From positions 632,793 to 696,792 of the forward strand of contig JAZKCY010000001.1 of NCBI GenBank assembly GCA_040387855.1: 64,000 nt of DNA, written 5' to 3'. The notes below the pieces were generated by a model, which did no database searches, was not told the DNA's origin, and worked only from the letters and a program-made list of their open reading frames with translations. This document shows positions 59,247-64,000 of this stretch, one piece after another. The stretch's first letter is position 1, and every line of letters begins with the position of its first letter. Both the position numbers and the translations under genes were made by a program. The DNA comes from Patescibacteria group bacterium. GTDB taxonomy: Bacteria; Patescibacteriota; Minisyncoccia; Phycocordibacterales; JAKAEA01.

Positions 59247-59573
59247 TTATGATATTGGAAAGTCCAACTGTTCCTCAGGTATACCTATTGATTTACCGTA
59301 CTCCACAGCATCACTCCATGTAGACTTATCTGAATACTTTATCCAGAATATTTTGTTCTTATAGATAACGCAGACATCATCTTTTCCCTCTTCCCATGCG
59401 TGAACATACCATGGACCTTCAACAAGACTTTTTGAGATTAGTTCTATCTGTTCTTTTTCAATAAGAACATCATGTAATATCCATGAACCGGCTCTTCGAG
59501 TATTCAGAATGTTTACGGAGTCTAAAAAAGATTTATCAGTCAAACTGCTTTCTATGATTGAGGATTTAAACAT
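59247..59573 (-). CDS. hypothetical protein
   Basis: 108 aa, Trp-rich (GPWYVHAWEEG…IFWIKY…STWSDAVEYG). No family assigned. Confidence 0.45.
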   Translation of the reverse strand: MFKSSIIESSLTDKSFLDSVNILNTRRAGSWILHDVLIEKEQIELISKSLVEGPWYVHAWEEGKDDVCVIYKNKIFWIKYSDKSTWSDAVEYGKSIGIPEEQLDFPIS

Positions 59574-59586
59574 ATTTGGATTTTAT

Positions 59587-60648
59587 CTAACCTAAAAACT
59601 CAACTTCAAAAACATGATGACTATAAGGGTAACCTGAGTCATTTTTTATGAATCCTGTATTTACAACACTAATCTTTGCTTTCATGTAACTCAATGCTTT
59701 TCTTACAATATACAGACCAATACCTGATCCATTTTTACTTATTTCGCTTTTAATACCATTTTTTATATTTCTTCCTTGTCTATTTTCTAGAAATATAATT
59801 TCTTCTTCATCTTTTTCAATTGAGACACTGTCCATTGAAATTGATATTTTCTTTTGTTTCAATGCTAAATCTCCAGAAATATCTATTGTAGTATCATTTA
59901 ACACATACTTACATGCATTATCGAGGATCTGCCAAATCGCAGCATTAAACAAACTATGAACAATATTTATTTTATTTCGATCGCTGTTTTGAAGATTTAT
60001 TCTAATATCAACATTCTTTTTTTTAAGTTCATCAATAAAAGGATTGGTTAAACGATACAATGCTCTTTCGATATTTGTAGGCAATAATGTGCCAGTATTA
60101 TCAGCATATCCTCCAATGATTCTAAGTGTTTCAATTTGTGCATCTAAATCAATTGCTCTATGTGACATCTGGCATACATCATCTGCAGCTGCACTTGTAT
60201 TTTCCTCGATTCTTCGTTTAACTTCTCTAGTAAATTCAGCATAGGGTCTAGCTCTTGCCTTATCAGAAATTAAACGTACAAAATTATTTTTGAATCTATT
60301 TTGAAACTTTATTAAATTATGTGAAAATCTCCTAATAATTGCGTCAAATGATTGTCTTTGACCAACTTCAATTTCCTTAAATTTTGGAATTAAACTTAAA
60401 TAAATACTACAAGCTCTTTGGATTGCTTTACTGCCTTGAAATAAGTCAGCATTCTCATCAACTATTAGCTGAATTGAACCATTTGCATTTTCTCTAAAAG
60501 CATTTTTTAAACCTTTCTGAGAAAAATTTTCTCGATTGTTTTTACTAAAAATATCAGGCAAAAGATCTAACTGACCGTGTCTTGCCACAATATTTCCTTT
60601 AAAATTTCGTAACTCATAAAAAATAATTCCTTCACTATTTTGATTCAT
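59587..60648 (-). CDS. histidine-kinase-like ATPase with novel N-terminal region (atypical HK)
   Basis: The C-terminal has an N-box-like HSLFNAAIWQILDNACKY and a G-box GSGIGLYIVRKAL. A possible HisKA_2-like H-box is SHRAIDLDAQ. The N-terminal 200 aa is unassigned; no TM. Confidence 0.6.
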   Translation of the reverse strand: MNQNSEGIIFYELRNFKGNIVARHGQLDLLPDIFSKNNRENFSQKGLKNAFRENANGSIQLIVDENADLFQGSKAIQRACSIYLSLIPKFKEIEVGQRQSFDAIIRRFSHNLIKFQNRFKNNFVRLISDKARARPYAEFTREVKRRIEENTSAAADDVCQMSHRAIDLDAQIETLRIIGGYADNTGTLLPTNIERALYRLTNPFIDELKKKNVDIRINLQNSDRNKINIVHSLFNAAIWQILDNACKYVLNDTTIDISGDLALKQKKISISMDSVSIEKDEEEIIFLENRQGRNIKNGIKSEISKNGSGIGLYIVRKALSYMKAKISVVNTGFIKNDSGYPYSHHVFEVEFLG

Positions 60649-61141
60649 ATTTTTTTATAGCTGCTACCTCAATTTGGTCAATATAAACATACGGATCTGA
60701 ATGTTTGTCAATCCATGCATTCGCGAATGAATGAAATTCATGTCCTGGAATATAACCAGCATGCCCAGAATAAAATATGAGAAATTTTTCTGGATATCTG
60801 CTCTTTATTTTTTTTAGCAAACCGATTCCCTCTTCTGATGGGGTTAGGATTTTACCCACTCCGATGTAATCCATAAATATGATGTCAGCATTTTTTATAT
60901 CTTCTGAATCAAAATTAGTCACATCTTTTATTTGCTGAACATTCCATCCTGCACCTCTAATAATATTCAATCTCGTAGAAAAATCTTCATCATCAACAAA
61001 TAATACCTTTGTTGAACGTTTGATTTCTTCAATTGATGGTATCTTTTTTTTAGTTAAAACTTTTTTTAACCAATTTCCAGTTTTGTCCATTCCTACACCA
61101 ATAAATACTCCCGCCAGCTTTGTAGCTGCAATTTCCCACAT
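60635..61141 (-). CDS. receiver-like (REC-fold) protein with ~45-aa N-terminal extension
   Basis: KVLFVDDED (acidic pair), IIFMDY (candidate phospho-Asp), LIFYSGHA, WIDK. It overlaps the HK-like gene by 14 nt. Confidence 0.5.
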   Translation of the reverse strand: MWEIAATKLAGVFIGVGMDKTGNWLKKVLTKKKIPSIEEIKRSTKVLFVDDEDFSTRLNIIRGAGWNVQQIKDVTNFDSEDIKNADIIFMDYIGVGKILTPSEEGIGLLKKIKSRYPEKFLIFYSGHAGYIPGHEFHSFANAWIDKHSDPYVYIDQIEVAAIKKYESK

Positions 61142-61171
61142 GGTGATTTATATTATTCTATTCTTACTATG

Positions 61172-61242
61172 CTGCGGGACTAGGACTCGAACCTAGATAC
61201 TCAGGACCAAAACCTGATGTCCTACCATTAGACGATCCCGCA
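61172..61242 (-). tRNA. tRNA-Gln: tRNA-Gln (anticodon UUG)
   Basis: Hand-folded cloverleaf. Acceptor TGCGGGA/TCCCGCA with U1:A72 and G73 discriminator; D-stem GTCT/GGAC; anticodon stem TCAGG/CCTGA with loop TTTTGGT; T-stem CTAGG/CCTAG with loop TTCGAGT. No encoded CCA. Confidence 0.85.
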
Positions 61243-61377
61243 ATCTTGTCCCGCAAAGTCCTGCACCATAGGTGTAGGACGAAGTGGGATGTGTTCCAAA
61301 GATACTACAGTTTATGCCTTATTTCAATAGACAAACTGTGCTATTGTAATATTACGAAGAATCTAGCGTATATATCA

Positions 61378-61941
61378 ATGGAATTCCTATATACCAACAA
61401 AAAGATCAACAGCCTTGCTGCAGCCTTCAAAGATGGTGACCAACGAGCTGCTGAGAAGCTTTTCAACTATTTCTACCCCGCTATCTTTAGATACATCCGC
61501 TCCCGCCTTACCGACAAGGAAGCAACAGCAGATGTAGCTCAAGATGTCTTTCTGAAACTGGCAAAATCGATTGTTCTCTATGACGCAGCTAAAGGAAATT
61601 TTAGTACATGGTTTTGGCAAATTGCCCGCAACACCTTTACCGATCATTTGAGATCATTGCAGCGAGATCATTCACAGAGTGAGACTCAGCTTGATATTGC
61701 TCTCGATAGTATGGAAGCAAGTTTGGACAATACCGAAAGTGTGAGAGAACGAATGACCGAAGTAAAAGAAATCATTCAAGAGTTTTCGGAAGAAGATCAA
61801 GAACTATTTAGACTTCGGTATATCGCCGAATTATCGTTTGAAGAAATTGCTGAGCTCACTGATAGGACCGAGAATGCACTGAGAGTTTCACTCCATCGAA
61901 TCCGCGAAAAAATCAAAAAAGAATATGATAAAAAAGATTAA
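61378..61941 (+). CDS. ECF-type sigma-70 family RNA polymerase sigma factor
   Basis: Region 2 is LFNYFYPAIFRYIRSRL…DVAQDVFLKL. Region 4 is ELFRLRYIAELSFEEIAELTDRTENALRVSLHR. Start taken at MEFLYTN. Confidence 0.8.
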   Translation: MEFLYTNKKINSLAAAFKDGDQRAAEKLFNYFYPAIFRYIRSRLTDKEATADVAQDVFLKLAKSIVLYDAAKGNFSTWFWQIARNTFTDHLRSLQRDHSQSETQLDIALDSMEASLDNTESVRERMTEVKEIIQEFSEEDQELFRLRYIAELSFEEIAELTDRTENALRVSLHRIREKIKKEYDKKD

Positions 61942-62803
61942 CAACTACATACAGGATCGAAAGATCACCCGCCGCGCAAAGCGAGATTTAAACCCTTCGA
62001 AAGAGGCGATGAATCATGCGCGATTGGCGTTTATGGGCGAAGTTACCGAGCGCTTCCCTTTTGCTATGAAGTCTACACCTAAAGCGACACATCACTATGC
62101 CCGCTTTGCTATTGCTGGAGTTGTTGCAATTCTTCTCATAAACAGTGGAGCTGTGATGTATGCTGATACTACTAATGTAGATGCAGAACATCCGCTCTAC
62201 TCATTTAAGCTTGTTGCTGAGAAAGTGCAGGTTCTTGCTTCATCTGAAGAAAAACGTGCAGAGCTTGAATTGAAATTTGCTGAGCGACGAATGGTTGAAA
62301 TTGAAGTTGAAGAACAATATACCGAAATGCCACAAGAGGCACGAGAGAAAAAGAAGATAATGCTTCAGGCACAGCTTGAAAAGCATATGGTAAATGCCGA
62401 GCGATTTATTGCTATGAAGCAAGCAAAGCGAGGTAATGTTGGAATTGCAGCTACTTCTACTATTTCAGTTACTGCTACATCTACCCATTCGACTTCCTCG
62501 ACTGCGCTCGCAACAAGCACCTCAGGGCAAGCTGCAACTTCTACTTTAAAGTCAGAGATTAAAACTCTTATTAAAGAAATAAAAGAAACTTCTAAAGAAC
62601 AAAAAGAAGATATTAAAGAAAAGCGAGAAGCAGCTAAAGATGCTTTGAAAGCAAGTACGTCTACATCAATTACTGCTGAAGTAAAAACATCTGAGTGTAA
62701 AAAGTTTGAAGATGTGGAAAAGCAAATTAATAAGCTTTCTACTCGAAAAAGCCTTCAGATCAATACAAAACTCGACAATATTATCAAATACTGTCAAGAC
62801 TAA
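61925..62803 (+). CDS. anti-sigma-factor-like single-pass membrane protein with coiled-coil/low-complexity C-terminal region
   Basis: Overlaps the sigma gene by 17 nt. Short cytoplasmic N-terminus, then a TM (FAIAGVVAILLINSGAVMYA), then a long EK-rich and ST-rich region. Confidence 0.5.
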   Translation: MIKKINNYIQDRKITRRAKRDLNPSKEAMNHARLAFMGEVTERFPFAMKSTPKATHHYARFAIAGVVAILLINSGAVMYADTTNVDAEHPLYSFKLVAEKVQVLASSEEKRAELELKFAERRMVEIEVEEQYTEMPQEAREKKKIMLQAQLEKHMVNAERFIAMKQAKRGNVGIAATSTISVTATSTHSTSSTALATSTSGQAATSTLKSEIKTLIKEIKETSKEQKEDIKEKREAAKDALKASTSTSITAEVKTSECKKFEDVEKQINKLSTRKSLQINTKLDNIIKYCQD

Positions 62804-62888
62804 TACTCCCTGAGTCTGCTACGTATATATAAGCAGAGATCACATGGTCTCTTCACATCAGTCACGATTATCTTTAACTTATATACGT

Positions 62889-63581
62889 ATGAAAAATTCA
62901 GCTAAAATTGGTTCAGTACTCGCGCTTACCGTTGTTCTTCTTACAGGAAGTTCAGCATATGCACACACAGGAACTACAACTCCAAAAACAGGGACTGCGA
63001 AGTTCTTCTCAAAGTTACATATCAACGGTCTTGGTAAAACAAACATCGTTGGATCGGTAACTGCCGTATCTGCAACTGGATTTACTGTAGCTTCACAAGG
63101 AGGCTCATGGACTATTAAGACTGATTCTAATACTCACTTCACTGTAAAGAATGGAGCAAACCAAGTGAAAGTTGGTGATACCGTGATGGTATATGGAACT
63201 GTTTCAACAACAGAGACTATGACTATCGTTGCTTCAAAAATTGAAAACAAGACACTCAAGACAACGATGAAACTCGAAAAGAAAGCTGCCCACGAAAACA
63301 AAAAAGAAATTAAGCAGAGTCTTAAAGAATTGAAAAAGCATATGTTATCACTATTTAGCTTCGGTACGGTGCAAAGTGTCGGAACTAATTCCCTCACCCT
63401 CAAGTCTCAGAATGGTGCAACATATGATATAAAAACTTCATCAACAACAGAGACATATAAAAAAGATTGGACTGCAACTTCAACCTCAGCAATCAAAGCA
63501 AATCATCAGATTCACGTGTACGGAACAAAGACAGGAACGACAACAATCGATGCGTCTATCATTCACGACTTATCTCTCTAA
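62889..63581 (+). CDS. secreted protein with two DUF5666-like beta-rich repeats
   Basis: Signal peptide MKNSAKIGSVLALTVVLLTGSSAYA. Two ~65-aa repeats (GSVTAVSATGFTVAS…VYGTVS and GTVQSVGTNSLTLKS…VYGTKT). Confidence 0.55.
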   Translation: MKNSAKIGSVLALTVVLLTGSSAYAHTGTTTPKTGTAKFFSKLHINGLGKTNIVGSVTAVSATGFTVASQGGSWTIKTDSNTHFTVKNGANQVKVGDTVMVYGTVSTTETMTIVASKIENKTLKTTMKLEKKAAHENKKEIKQSLKELKKHMLSLFSFGTVQSVGTNSLTLKSQNGATYDIKTSSTTETYKKDWTATSTSAIKANHQIHVYGTKTGTTTIDASIIHDLSL

Positions 63582-63603
63582 GTATCTCTCATACGTAAAA
63601 TAC

Positions 63604-63635
63604 AAAAAGCCCTGAGTTAAATCAGGGCTTTTTGT
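63604..63635. terminator. bidirectional intrinsic terminator
   Basis: AAAAAGCCCTGA-gttaaa-TCAGGGCTTTTT, between convergent genes. Confidence 0.7.
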
Positions 63636-63654
63636 ATGGCTTATATATAAGATG

Positions 63655-64000
63655 TTATGCCGTGCTTAGTGAAATGAGAGCAAGTTCAAATGGCAATTCA
63701 CTTATTGGAGAGAACCGAGCAAGATCCTGAGCTTTCAAAAATTCTAATACTGCTTTTGAGGTAATGCCTGTATCTTTCTTTGCAGCGAGGACTTTCATCC
63801 AACTAAAATCTTCTCCTGAAAATTCATCTTCTATCATTTTGTCCATGTCTGGACTGTACTTGAGCAATAAAATAGATCGGAGTTTGTGGAGCACAAGCTT
63901 TGAGAAAATAGCCATGTCTACATTTTGATCCACTGCAGATCTCAAAGCTTTCAATCCAGATGAAGCATCTTTTGTATCTATAGCTGCTACCACATCATTA
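63655..64000 (-). CDS. 3' portion of a gene continuing beyond the right edge (possibly DNA polymerase III clamp-loader subunit C-terminal domain)
   Basis: Open to the window edge. The helical C-terminal …SSGLKALRSAVDQNVDMAIFSKLVLHKLRSILLLK… resembles delta/tau C-domains only weakly. Confidence 0.3.
   Translation of the reverse strand, partial: NDVVAAIDTKDASSGLKALRSAVDQNVDMAIFSKLVLHKLRSILLLKYSPDMDKMIEDEFSGEDFSWMKVLAAKKDTGITSKAVLEFLKAQDLARFSPISELPFELALISLSTA

Noticed and set aside
1-64000. CRISPR arrays, IS elements, integrases/transposases, rRNA genes
   Set aside because: No regularly spaced direct repeats and no recombinase or transposase motifs (DDE, Tyr/Ser recombinase) were seen in any frame. 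The only stable RNA found is tRNA-Gln. I also looked for a direct repeat of the tRNA 3' end near 54.4-56.1 kb and 58.46-58.55 kb and found none by eye.
1-64000. Alternative genetic code (UGA recoding, as in some CPR lineages)
   Set aside because: Genes end at TAA/TAG/TGA at lengths matching their families (for example TGA ends the island A gene, TAA ends pilB). No in-frame TGA interrupts a recognisable domain, so the standard bacterial code fits.

Overview
The window is AT-rich (about 27-35% G+C where I counted) and gene-dense, mostly on the minus strand. It looks like a small-genome, possibly Patescibacteria/CPR-like bacterium; that is an inference from gene content, not a search. Signal-transduction genes dominate. 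There are four PAS-type sensor histidine kinases and several stand-alone receiver proteins. A PilB/GspE pilus ATPase sits inside a split-sensor two-component operon. Three type-IV-pilin-like genes are present, two of them carrying C-terminal LamG/ConA-like lectin domains. Housekeeping and accessory enzymes include a DEAD-box helicase with an N-terminal RGG tail, an RRM protein, a Pif1-like helicase, a P-type ATPase, two GT2 glycosyltransferases, an ABC-2 exporter, two CYTH paralogs, NADAR, CsaA, NUDIX proteins, a DAGK-like lipid kinase, an App1-like phosphatase, an SDR, a VOC/PhnB protein and an L,D-transpeptidase. One tRNA-Gln(UUG) lies at 61172-61242 on the minus strand. Three things stand out. 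(1) At least five discrete, mostly single-gene patches have 58-67% G+C where I counted 60-nt samples (31.9-32.8 kb, 34.2-35.0 kb, 44.8-46.6 kb, 55.2-56.0 kb, and milder ones at 24.0-24.5 kb and 1-245). They carry strong Shine-Dalgarno sites and are bounded by host-like AT-rich promoters and terminators. (2) Directly downstream of the tRNA-Gln 3' end is a six-gene block: an atypical REC-like protein, a histidine-kinase-like ATPase, two unknowns, a MazG-like NTP pyrophosphohydrolase, and a GIY-YIG nuclease fused to a DUF2075/Schlafen-like ATPase. I rate this block the best candidate for an undescribed defense or stress system. (3) A CYTH-NADAR-CsaA operon. I found no CRISPR array, transposase, integrase or rRNA.
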